Below are positions 1 through 7,554 of a DNA stretch of 23,772 nt, one piece after another. The notes under the pieces were generated by a model. The model was given only the letters and a program-made list of their open reading frames with translations. It was not told the origin of the DNA and did no database searches. The stretch is from a virus. Taxonomy: Duplodnaviria; Heunggongvirae; Uroviricota; Caudoviricetes. The position numbers and the translations under genes are program-made. Each line of letters opens with the position of its first letter. Positions within the stretch are counted from its first letter, which is position 1. The stretch covers positions 1 through 23,772 of IMG/VR virus record IMGVR_UViG_3300016484_000447; one strand, given 5' to 3'.

Positions 1-98
1 TCGAGTGTCGGTTCCTCCTGCTCTGGCATCGGGCCACCGTAGTAGACCTCTAGCTCCCAGTCTTCTTGCGGACGAAACCTGTCCCACGGACTGTTCAT
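1..98 (-). CDS. Hypothetical protein, N-terminal part only (MNSPWDRFRPQEDWELEVYYGG...), runs off the window
   Basis: Hand translation; ATG at 98 overlaps upstream TGA (ATGA) and follows a GGAGG SD. Confidence 0.6.
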   Translation of the reverse strand, partial: MNSPWDRFRPQEDWELEVYYGGPMPEQEEPTL

Positions 99-271
99 CC
101 GACCTCCCAGCACTTGATTTCTCCGCAATGCTTGCAGCGGAGTACGTAGCGTTTGTACCGACGAAGCACACCGCCTACACGGTCTTCGACTTGGATCACC
201 TCCACGGTGTCCCACTTGTGATCGCAGCGGTGGAACGTGCCGACGATCAGGCGATACAGGAAACCGATCAC
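95..271 (-). CDS. Small Cys/His-containing hypothetical protein (58 aa, GTG start)
   Basis: GGAGG SD then GTG at 271 overlapping upstream stop (GTGA); C-D-H and CKHC motifs; ORF-track start at 358 rejected. Confidence 0.6.
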   Translation of the reverse strand: MIGFLYRLIVGTFHRCDHKWDTVEVIQVEDRVGGVLRRYKRYVLRCKHCGEIKCWEVG

Positions 272-468
272 TTCGTCACCTCCAGTCGATAGATGTCCTC
301 GTCCAGCACTTCGCACCAGACGGGGCGAGGGTCGCCGATCTTCTTGAACTGGTGCCATGCCCCGCTCTTGCCGACGTAGATCAGCTTGTCACTCTGGTAG
401 CGCCAGTTGTACTTGCCGCCTCGAACGAGGTCAGAGGGCTTCAGGCCGTTGCTTTGGGTGTCTTCCAT
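268..468 (-). CDS. Hypothetical protein (66 aa)
   Basis: ORF with GGAG SD, packed between coupled genes. Confidence 0.7.
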   Translation of the reverse strand: MEDTQSNGLKPSDLVRGGKYNWRYQSDKLIYVGKSGAWHQFKKIGDPRPVWCEVLDEDIYRLEVTK

Positions 469-469
469 G

Positions 470-718
470 TCAAATCTCCTTGATGCGGGTGATCTTCAGG
501 TAGCGGGTGTAGTCACCCGGGTCGTAGCGGTCGTAGTACAGGCAGTCCGTGTTGATGTACTCGGATTCGATGTCCAAGTCAGCCCACCCGTCAGGCCACT
601 TCACCTTGGCCCTGTCCATGATGTCGGACAGCGTGGCAGAGTTGGCGATGTAGAACTCTTCGTCCGTGTCATCGGGCTCGAAGCTGTCGATTCCACGGCT
701 GTCTTTGTAGTGGCCCAT
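470..718 (-). CDS. Acidic hypothetical protein (82 aa)
   Basis: AAGGAG SD, phage-like codon usage, tight packing. Confidence 0.75.
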   Translation of the reverse strand: MGHYKDSRGIDSFEPDDTDEEFYIANSATLSDIMDRAKVKWPDGWADLDIESEYINTDCLYYDRYDPGDYTRYLKITRIKEI

Positions 719-730
719 GTCAGGCTCCTT

Positions 731-961
731 TCAGTCGAATGTAAACTCCATCGGCTCAGGCGGGCCGATGAAGTCGTTGGCTCTCTGCTCTGCTGCTGCT
801 GCGTGGTACACAGGGCACTGCTCACAGCCCCACGGGTACACGCAGTCGAACTCGCCCCAGTAGTCCCGGGAACCTTGACACCCGGCGTTGACGATCTTAG
901 GCCACCCCTTCTGGTGTCGCATCGGGGGTTGGGCTTTGTTCCAGTCTGAGGGCCTGTTCAT
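731..961 (-). CDS. Cys-containing hypothetical protein (76 aa)
   Basis: Start overlaps upstream stop (TGATG); C..C..CxxC pattern. Confidence 0.7.
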   Translation of the reverse strand: MNRPSDWNKAQPPMRHQKGWPKIVNAGCQGSRDYWGEFDCVYPWGCEQCPVYHAAAAEQRANDFIGPPEPMEFTFD

Positions 962-1323
962 CAGATCAGGTAGGCAAGGCCGATGAGGCAGAAGATCACG
1001 CCCACAGGCAGCAAGCTGCGAAGATGAACGGGCAGAAGGCGATGCCGTAGTCGCCCCGCTTGAACTCGTGGTAGGCTTCGACAGAGAAGGCCCACAGCCC
1101 GAAGAGGCACGAGACGAGTCCGATCAGGACTGAGGCCCAGAGGATGATGTACTCTCCGAGGCTCATGTCGCAGCTTCCGCAGGGCTTCTTGGGCGACGTA
1201 GGTCACGACGCACATGATGTAGGCGACCAGGGCAACATCCATCCACCCGTTGTTGCGGCGGACGAGGACGAAGAAGCCCGAGACGAGGATGGCAGCATAC
1301 ACTGCCAGAACGATGAAGAACAT
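961..1323 (-). CDS. Hydrophobic membrane-protein region; probably two small membrane-protein genes (1323 start and 1166 start) rather than one 120-aa ORF
   Basis: N-terminal 50 aa hydrophobic; nested out-of-frame ORF 996-1166 (MSLGEYIILWASVLIGLVSCLFGLWAF...) is more protein-like than the middle of the long frame. Confidence 0.5.
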   Translation of the reverse strand: MFFIVLAVYAAILVSGFFVLVRRNNGWMDVALVAYIMCVVTYVAQEALRKLRHEPRRVHHPLGLSPDRTRLVPLRAVGLLCRSLPRVQAGRLRHRLLPVHLRSLLPVGVIFCLIGLAYLI

Positions 1324-1333
1324 GGGGAACCTT

Positions 1334-1849
1334 TCAGTGGTTTTCTTGGATGTCGAAGGTGTAGTAGTCGGTGAACTCGCCGAAGCTGTTCACCACACGC
1401 TTGTTGGGGTTGTGGAAGACCGCAAGGCGGTTTGGGGCGTAAAGCTCTTCGAGGTAGCTCATCAAGTCTTGGTAAGCCAGGATGGCAACGCAGTTTGCAG
1501 GGGAGAGGTCGGCGTGAACGCCAGCGAAGGTTGCTCCAGTGGCGATGCAGTCGTCAAGGAACAGGTACTTCGACACCCTACAATCGCCCTTGTCGTGGAA
1601 CATCGAGATGGATTCTCCGTGACTGGCTTCGCCAGCCTTGCGGGCGATGATGAACGGGATGTCGCACAGCATCCGCATGGCGAAGGCCACAGAATAGCCC
1701 GACGTGCCACGCACTGCCACTGCCTCTGCCCCAGTCTTCTCCATCAACTTGGGGAGACACTCTGCGAGCTTCTGGACGAGGATGCGGAAGCGTTCAGGAT
1801 TCAGGCCCAGGGCGGAGTAGGTCGTGGTGTAGATGTGGGTCGAGTGCAT
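1334..1849 (-). CDS. Type I phosphoribosyltransferase (PRPP-binding) family protein
   Basis: PRPP-binding loop YLFLDDCIATGAT; N-terminal VAVRGTSG and ARK motifs. Confidence 0.8.
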   Translation of the reverse strand: MHSTHIYTTTYSALGLNPERFRILVQKLAECLPKLMEKTGAEAVAVRGTSGYSVAFAMRMLCDIPFIIARKAGEASHGESISMFHDKGDCRVSKYLFLDDCIATGATFAGVHADLSPANCVAILAYQDLMSYLEELYAPNRLAVFHNPNKRVVNSFGEFTDYYTFDIQENH

Positions 1850-1876
1850 GTCTTTCCTCTGTTGTGCGATTCAGTG

Positions 1877-1904
1877 ATTATGGCACGGGCTGAAGACCTG
1901 TCAA
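1877..1904 (-). promoter_or_regulatory. Sigma70-type promoter for the PRTase operon
   Basis: TTGACA-N16-CATAAT with TGn extended -10. Confidence 0.7.
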
Positions 1905-1926
1905 GTACTTTCGTCTCAGAAATGAG

Positions 1927-1952
1927 AAAAGCCGCTGTCTCCCGACAGCGGC
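1927..1952 (-). terminator. Rho-independent terminator
   Basis: GCCGCTGTC-GGGA-GACAGCGGC 9-bp hairpin followed by TTTT on minus strand. Confidence 0.8.
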
Positions 1953-2101
1953 CCTTCCTTCTCACTCGCAGTGATTCGACGCTTCCCAGCGTAGCAGTGC
2001 TTCCCAGCATGGCTCTAGGGGACTGCCTAGGATGTCCACAGGCTAGCTACAGCGTTGCCCCAGCATGTAGCCTTAGCCTACACATCTTCCTGCGCGGAAG
2101 A
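1927..2101 (-). ncRNA. Candidate ~178-nt structured small RNA with its own promoter and terminator
   Basis: Promoter at 2108-2136, terminator at 1927-1952, no SD-preceded ORF, nearly fully base-paired. Confidence 0.65.
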
Positions 2102-2107
2102 TGCCCC

Positions 2108-2136
2108 ATTGTATCACTGAAATCGGGGTTTGTCAA
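2108..2136 (-). promoter_or_regulatory. Strong sigma70-type promoter; -35 sits inside a GGGGTT-N4-AACCCC inverted repeat
   Basis: TTGACA-N17-TACAAT with GTGA before -10. Confidence 0.8.
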
Positions 2137-2387
2137 CCCCCTTCAGCCTTTTTCTTGTCGATTTCTCGCCACTGCGCCACCACCTTCTCCATGTCGAAGC
2201 CGTGGGGATTGAAAACCGCCCCATCTTCGCGGATCAGGACTGCCACAGCGACGTGGTTCACTTGCGGGTAGCCCGCTTCAGTCGTTCCGGTGATGACACC
2301 GGGGCCGACAGGGCTGTCCTTGACCGGATCACCGACTTGCAGGTAGTCCGGGTTCATCTCGTGTTGTTTTTCTGCAACATCAGTCAT
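2133..2387 (-). CDS. Hypothetical protein (84 aa, MTDVAEK...)
   Basis: GGAGG SD before ATG 2387; stop TGA lies within the downstream TTGACA. Confidence 0.7.
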   Translation of the reverse strand: MTDVAEKQHEMNPDYLQVGDPVKDSPVGPGVITGTTEAGYPQVNHVAVAVLIREDGAVFNPHGFDMEKVVAQWREIDKKKAEGG

Positions 2388-2407
2388 CGTTGTCCTCCAT
2401 TTGCCTC

Positions 2408-2854
2408 TTACGGCATCACCCACAGGTTGAGTTCGGCGTTCGGGTGCTGGGTCTTGAGGATGATGTCCTCGACAACATTCCACTTACCACCGCCGAGGCC
2501 ACAGCCGATGAGAGGAAAGTTGACTGCTGACCCGGTGAGGTGTTCGATGCCCGCCACGAACTCGAAGACCTCGCGCACAGCGTCGTAGTCCACGTACTTC
2601 TTGCCATCGCGCCCGTAGAACTCCTGCGTCACACCGTTGATGACCGTTGTAGTTCCGTCCGTCCAGAACGTGCAAGTCCCGAGTCGCAGCTTGCCAGCTT
2701 GGAAGGCTTTCATGTACTCGACGTAGGCGTCAGGGAACTTCCGCTTGATCGCCAGCGCAACGCCAGACCCCATCACACCCTGCGCATTGCAGCCGTGGAC
2801 GATGATGCCCTTTGCCGAGGTGATGTCACCTCGAACTTCGTTGATCCTGCTCAT
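2408..2854 (-). CDS. Macro-domain protein (ADP-ribose processing; TARG1/DarG-like subgroup)
   Basis: Motifs VRGDIT, IVHGCNAQGVMGSGVA, FPLIGCGLGGGKW; ATGA overlap start at 2854. Confidence 0.85.
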   Translation of the reverse strand: MSRINEVRGDITSAKGIIVHGCNAQGVMGSGVALAIKRKFPDAYVEYMKAFQAGKLRLGTCTFWTDGTTTVINGVTQEFYGRDGKKYVDYDAVREVFEFVAGIEHLTGSAVNFPLIGCGLGGGKWNVVEDIILKTQHPNAELNLWVMP

Positions 2855-3057
2855 TGGCCCTTCCTCTTCAAGTGGATGTCGAACCCAGCCAGGGAATGCC
2901 CACACACGTCGCCACGGAAGTCGAACTGTACTGTCACGGTCGGGACTACTTGTGAGACGACGTACCCTGGGTTCGCTTTTTCAAGCTCTTCCTTCAGGAA
3001 CGCTTCCACTTGAGCCTTGGTCAGCTTGACCATCAGGTTGTTGAACACCAGACTCAT
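2851..3057 (-). CDS. Hypothetical protein (68 aa)
   Basis: Coupled ORF in operon. Confidence 0.65.
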   Translation of the reverse strand: MSLVFNNLMVKLTKAQVEAFLKEELEKANPGYVVSQVVPTVTVQFDFRGDVCGHSLAGFDIHLKRKGQ

Positions 3058-3239
3058 AGCCCGAACCCCTCATTGTCCCCGTCGTCGTGGTTGGAGATGT
3101 ACCGCTTGCAGCTTCCGTCTGCCTCGACAGGCGGAGTCATGAAGAAGCTCTGCCGCCACGGATTCTGCGGCGCAGTGTGGCGATAGCACGCCCGCTTCTT
3201 CAAGCAACCCTCCCCGCCGCACATGGTAATGTCGGCCAT
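3054..3239 (-). CDS. Small Cys-rich phage protein (MADITMC...CYR...C, 61 aa)
   Basis: TGATG overlap with upstream gene; four spaced Cys suggest metal binding. Confidence 0.7.
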   Translation of the reverse strand: MADITMCGGEGCLKKRACYRHTAPQNPWRQSFFMTPPVEADGSCKRYISNHDDGDNEGFGL

Positions 3240-3601
3240 CAGTCGCTGCTCCAGCTTGAAGAGCCGGAGTCCGACGAACACGACGAGTAGGAGTCGCCCG
3301 TGGACGTGGACTCGTAGCACGGTGTTGGTGCCGGGCTCGGCGCAGGCTCGTAGTACACAGGCGCGGGCGCAACGCACACGCCGTCCGTGTTCGACAGCAT
3401 GACCCCGACAGCCACCACCGAGGAAAAGTCGGCGCAACCGGCGTCTTGGACGACAGTCACAGTGCTGGTGTCGCTGCTGACAGCCCTGAGAGGGCTGACG
3501 TAGGCGGGTTGATTGGCACCGCTCTGGAAGCGAGCCTTCCCGGTGCATCCGGGTCGCTTGTTGCAGCGGTTGTACCACTTGCAGTCACACGGTTTGTTCA
3601 T
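3239..3601 (-). CDS. Hypothetical protein with N-terminal Cys cluster and Ser-rich low-complexity C-terminus (120 aa)
   Basis: AAGGAG SD before ATG 3601. Confidence 0.7.
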   Translation of the reverse strand: MNKPCDCKWYNRCNKRPGCTGKARFQSGANQPAYVSPLRAVSSDTSTVTVVQDAGCADFSSVVAVGVMLSNTDGVCVAPAPVYYEPAPSPAPTPCYESTSTGDSYSSCSSDSGSSSWSSD

Positions 3602-3893
3602 GGTTCTCCTTCTCAGGGTTGAGACGTGCAGCCCAGCGTGCTTTCGCAAGGGCTACAGTCTGCTTCATCGTGATTTCGACGGCGCCAAGGGCAACGGCTT
3701 TGGCACGCTTTCCCGTAGCCACGTCGAAGTGTTCTTTCCACGTCCCCTCTTCCTGAAGCCAGTCTCGGGACATGCCCAGATTGTAAGCCATTTTCAGCAA
3801 CTCTTCGGTGCTGTCAGCCGTCATGTGGCACATTTTCATGCGCCCCAGCCTGCCCATGTTGGTCAGGTGCATGTCATCGACGTAGACTGTCAT
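3585..3893 (-). CDS. DUF4031-family protein
   Basis: MTVYVDD...CHMTAD..EEL...A..LG..R.W.Q....EHFD pattern recognised from memory of the family. Confidence 0.75.
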   Translation of the reverse strand: MTVYVDDMHLTNMGRLGRMKMCHMTADSTEELLKMAYNLGMSRDWLQEEGTWKEHFDVATGKRAKAVALGAVEITMKQTVALAKARWAARLNPEKENHEQTV

Positions 3894-4099
3894 CCTCCAC
3901 GGACTCCCATGATCTTCAGAACCATGTCCTCGGCATCTCCGAGGGCAACACGGGCTCTGAAAACGTCTGATGCAGCCTTCATTGCCCTGTTCCCGTTGAC
4001 AGTCTCCTGCGTGAGACGCCTTCCGTCCTCTTCGAGTTCCTGTTGCAACGCGAACAGGGCGCCATTCAGCAACTGAATGCCGTTCAGCCGCTCCTTCAT
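3890..4099 (-). CDS. Hypothetical helical protein (69 aa)
   Basis: Coupled to rtcB stop and to the DUF4031 start. Confidence 0.65.
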   Translation of the reverse strand: MKERLNGIQLLNGALFALQQELEEDGRRLTQETVNGNRAMKAASDVFRARVALGDAEDMVLKIMGVRGG

Positions 4100-5373
4100 C
4101 AGTTTCCCTTCACGCAGAGGACAGCCTTCAGGACGTGAACGACTTCCACCAAGTCCTTCTGAAGCTCCATGACGACATCCAGACGCTTGTAGGCGCCGGG
4201 GATTTCATCCAGCACTGCGGAGTCCTTCCGGCACTCCACGCCATCCGTCTGCTCGATCAGGTCTTGCAGGGAGAACCGGCGCTTCGCTTCAGCCCGGGAC
4301 ATCGCCCGCCCCGCACCGTGCGAACACGAACAGTAGCTGTCGGCGTTGCCCTTGCCACGGACGATGTAGGACTGCTGACCCATCGAGCCAGGGATGATGC
4401 CCATGTCGCCCTCGCGTGCGCGGATTGCGCCCTTGCGCGTCACCCACAGGTTCTGCCCGAAGTGGTTCTCACGGGAGATGTAGTTGTGGTGGCAGTTGAT
4501 GGCTTCACTGGTCACGGTGAACTCCACCGGGACGTGCCGACGCAGAGCCGCCAGGACGACAGTCATCATCTCCTTGCGGTTCTCCAGGGCGTAGTCCTGC
4601 GCCCACTGCACCGCGTCCGTGTACGCCTTGAAGTCGTCGTCGGCTTCCGGGATGAAGGCGAGGTCGCCATCGGGCAGGGTGATGTAGAACATCTCCATCT
4701 TGCGCTTGGCCTTCTCGATGTAGTAGCTGCCGATCATGTTGCCGACGCCACGGGAGCCCGAGTGCAGCATGACCCACACGTCGTCGTTCTCGTCGGTGCA
4801 GAGTTCGATGAAGTGGTTGCCGCTGCCCAGCGTGCCAACTTGGCTGACGCTCTTCTTCAGGAAGGCTTCCTCGTCCTTGAACGGCACCTTGGCGGATTCC
4901 GGGGCGCTCTTGAACAGGTCGCTCCGCGCCGCGATCCAGATGCTTCGCTCCAGGCCATCGACGTTGTGGCTTCCACCAGTGCCCATCGGGATGTCACGCT
5001 CGATTTGCGAGCGGATGGCCTTCAGGTTGTCGGGCAGTTGGTGCGCCTTCAGCGACAGGCGGACGGCGTTCATGCCGCAGCCCAGGTCAACGCCAACGGC
5101 AGAGGGGATGATCGCGTTCGTGGTCGGAACCACGGAACCCACGGTCGCACCCTTGCCCAGATGGGCGTCGGGCATCAGGGCCACGCCCTGCGGAGCGATG
5201 AACGGCAGACGTGCGATGTTCTTGGTCTGTTGCAGCGCCGCGTCTTCCACGTCGATGACCGTCACCTTGTCGTAGTGGTTGACCCCGAACTCGTCTTCGC
5301 GTCGAACTTTGGACTCCTTCGTGCCCAGCCATGCCTTGATGGGCTTTGCGCCCTCTTCGCGGGTGACGATCAT
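4099..5373 (-). CDS. rtcB: RtcB RNA ligase (3'-phosphate/2',3'-cyclic phosphate to 5'-OH, GTP/Mn dependent)
   Basis: MPDAHLGKG, VGVDLGCG, GTLGSGNHF, LHSGSRG, HHNY, IPGSMG, SHGAGR motifs; AAGGAG SD before ATG 5373. Confidence 0.95.
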   Translation of the reverse strand: MIVTREEGAKPIKAWLGTKESKVRREDEFGVNHYDKVTVIDVEDAALQQTKNIARLPFIAPQGVALMPDAHLGKGATVGSVVPTTNAIIPSAVGVDLGCGMNAVRLSLKAHQLPDNLKAIRSQIERDIPMGTGGSHNVDGLERSIWIAARSDLFKSAPESAKVPFKDEEAFLKKSVSQVGTLGSGNHFIELCTDENDDVWVMLHSGSRGVGNMIGSYYIEKAKRKMEMFYITLPDGDLAFIPEADDDFKAYTDAVQWAQDYALENRKEMMTVVLAALRRHVPVEFTVTSEAINCHHNYISRENHFGQNLWVTRKGAIRAREGDMGIIPGSMGQQSYIVRGKGNADSYCSCSHGAGRAMSRAEAKRRFSLQDLIEQTDGVECRKDSAVLDEIPGAYKRLDVVMELQKDLVEVVHVLKAVLCVKGN

Positions 5374-5386
5374 CTTTCTCTCCTTC

Positions 5387-5527
5387 TCAGCGTCTTGAAA
5401 ATCGAACAGCCCACAGTATACCGTAGGCGAGAGCCACGTACATCGCAAGTGGCGCCAAAGCCACACACAGGATGATGACGGCTGGGGCGGGAAGAGCCCG
5501 CCCGCTTCGGCTGAATCTACGGCTCAT
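5387..5527 (-). CDS. Small single-pass membrane protein (46 aa)
   Basis: Hydrophobic core VIILCVALAPLAMYVALAYGILWAV flanked by Arg-rich ends; fills the gap between genes. Confidence 0.5.
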   Translation of the reverse strand: MSRRFSRSGRALPAPAVIILCVALAPLAMYVALAYGILWAVRFSRR

Positions 5528-5792
5528 TGGAGCCCGCCCCCGGAGCGAGCTTCGCCCACTCTCCACGCTCAAGGAACCCGACGCACTTCCACTTTGCACA
5601 TTCGCAGCAGCAGTCGTGCATCTCCTTGCCGTGAAAGCCGAGGTACTCGTCATGCACGGAGTACATGAACTCTTCGGTCTTCCCCTGGACAGGTGCCACG
5701 ATGAACGAGTAGGCGTCGTTGATCCTCAACAGCCAGTGCCCGTTCACCTCGTCTTGTCGCCAATGGTAGTCAGAGAGCCTTTTGCGAGCCAT
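5517..5792 (-). CDS. Hypothetical protein with CCCEC motif (91 aa)
   Basis: AAAGG SD, tight packing. Confidence 0.65.
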   Translation of the reverse strand: MARKRLSDYHWRQDEVNGHWLLRINDAYSFIVAPVQGKTEEFMYSVHDEYLGFHGKEMHDCCCECAKWKCVGFLERGEWAKLAPGAGSNEP

Positions 5793-5802
5793 GTCGAACC
5801 TT

Positions 5803-5958
5803 TCAGTAGCGTCTGGTGGCCTTGAACTCCGTGTTCCAGCCGTCGATCCACCTCTGGGCGGACACCGTGCCCGCCTTGTGGGGACATTGTGCCACAGACT
5901 TTCCTTCGGTGAAAGCCTTTCTTCCAGCCTCGTATGGAAAGTACCAGTGCGCCGCCAT
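5803..5958 (-). CDS. Rmf-like small protein (51 aa), below ORF-track cutoff
   Basis: Hand translation MAAHWYFPYEAGRKAFTEGKSVAQCPHKAGTVSAQRWIDGWNTEFKATRRY; Y..G..A...G....CP.......W..GW pattern. Confidence 0.65.
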   Translation of the reverse strand: MAAHWYFPYEAGRKAFTEGKSVAQCPHKAGTVSAQRWIDGWNTEFKATRRY

Positions 5959-5959
5959 G

Positions 5960-7219
5960 TCAGCCCTTCTTCAGCAGGTAGCTGTTCGAGATGGCCTTGA
6001 AGCTGAAGTCCCGCTTGTTCGACTTGAACACCACACCCTCGCGCTTCACGCCCTTGTTCATGCCAGGGCCTTCGGCGTAGGCCAGGATGCTCTCGACCAT
6101 CGCACGGGCTGACTCTTGCGGAGTCAGGCTGGCATCAGCCTCGTGCCGGAACTCCTTCAGCGACATGCGACGTTCCAGAACTGGCACGTAACTCAGGCAG
6201 GCGAACTCAGTCGCAAGACGTGCAGCAACCGGGCGCAGGTAGGTGCCCTCGGTGATGTTGAACACGTCGAAGACGTGCCACCCGTAGCCGCTGACTTGCT
6301 CGTGGTTCTGCTGGATCGACGGCGCGATCAGTTCCCCTTGGAAGGCGACCGCTTCATCCGGTTGCGCACCCAGGGCGATCTTCTCGATGATGCGGTGTTC
6401 GCGCACGAACTGGCTGAAGTGGTTGTCACCGTCGATGTCCAGTTCGATGTTGCGACTGCACACGCCCGACAGGTACTCAGGCTTCGGTGCAGGCCAGAAC
6501 CGCGACTTGATGGAGTCGATCACCCGACCGAACAGGCCCATCTTCGCACGACGCTTCTCGTCACGCTCCTTCAGGATTTCGGCGTACAGCGGGTTCTCCT
6601 TGCCGATCACGTAGACCGTCATGGAAGAGCCGTCCAGCTTGATCGTGGCCTCGAAGGTTTCTTCGTCATCGACTGTCGGGATCAGGTGGATGTAGTTCTG
6701 CACCCGCTCTTGGTCGGTCTTGCGCAGGAACCACGGGAAGGCACGAGTCTTGCTTGCCTGCGACGGCCCGCCCTTCTCGGACTGTTGCACCTCCAAGGGC
6801 TCCCACTTCTCGACCTTGAGAATGTCGGTCACGTCGTCGCCCTCGTTGTAGAACAGGCCGGGGCCGACAGACGCCTTGAACGGGCTCGTGCTGACTTCCA
6901 CAGTCGTCCCCATCAGTTCGGGGAACTGGCTCGTGGACAGTATCAGGCCCTGCGACAGTTGCTTGCGCAGCTTGATCGTCTTCAGGCGCATCCCGCGCTT
7001 CGTGCCCCAGTTGGTGAAGCGTTCCTCGAAGGAAGCGTACACCGGGTTGCTGGCGTCCAGCCACGAGTCCACCTCGAAGTAGACCACGAGGTCGCCCACG
7101 GCGAATTCGCCCTTCTTGACGACGACAGACCAGCCCAGGACATCGGCGACTTCGATCAGGTCGGCGCCGGGGATCGGGCGCAGGCCCGTGACTCGTTGAA
7201 TGCTTGCGAGTTTACGCAT
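5960..7219 (-). CDS. ATP-dependent RNA ligase, DRB0094/Rnl2-like family with N-terminal OB-type domain
   Basis: MRKLASIQ N-terminus, motif I KLDGSS, FQGEL, FDV, REGVVFK, FKAISNSYLLK. Confidence 0.9.
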   Translation of the reverse strand: MRKLASIQRVTGLRPIPGADLIEVADVLGWSVVVKKGEFAVGDLVVYFEVDSWLDASNPVYASFEERFTNWGTKRGMRLKTIKLRKQLSQGLILSTSQFPELMGTTVEVSTSPFKASVGPGLFYNEGDDVTDILKVEKWEPLEVQQSEKGGPSQASKTRAFPWFLRKTDQERVQNYIHLIPTVDDEETFEATIKLDGSSMTVYVIGKENPLYAEILKERDEKRRAKMGLFGRVIDSIKSRFWPAPKPEYLSGVCSRNIELDIDGDNHFSQFVREHRIIEKIALGAQPDEAVAFQGELIAPSIQQNHEQVSGYGWHVFDVFNITEGTYLRPVAARLATEFACLSYVPVLERRMSLKEFRHEADASLTPQESARAMVESILAYAEGPGMNKGVKREGVVFKSNKRDFSFKAISNSYLLKKG

Positions 7220-7244
7220 GTTGTTTCTCCTTCTCGTTCGGCCT

Positions 7245-7520
7245 CTAGTTCGACTCGTCGTGCATGTCGCAGATGGTCAATCCGCCCTCCTCGGCGCTTG
7301 GCAGTTTTCGCACTTCGACCTCATAGCGATTCCCGTGGTTGTCCGTCACCAGCCGTGCAGTGCCAGGAGGCGCCCACTCCATCAGTGCGCCAATGAACTT
7401 GCTTGTGTAGTCCGTCTTGCTCGCCCAGGTGCCGCGGTCGCGCTTGCTCACCGTGCCCAGATACAGGCGGTCTGTCAGCGGTGACACACCGATGTGCAGT
7501 TCCTCAAGTTTCACAGTCAT
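7245..7520 (-). CDS. Hypothetical protein (91 aa, MTVKLEELHIGVSPLT...)
   Basis: GAGG SD before ATG 7520. Confidence 0.7.
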   Translation of the reverse strand: MTVKLEELHIGVSPLTDRLYLGTVSKRDRGTWASKTDYTSKFIGALMEWAPPGTARLVTDNHGNRYEVEVRKLPSAEEGGLTICDMHDESN

Positions 7521-7554
7521 CCTCTCTCGGCGCGTGGCCGAACTGGTCAATCGA

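Noticed and set aside
1801-2010. 69-aa minus ORF through the sRNA region
   Set aside because: No SD; runs through a terminator and a promoter
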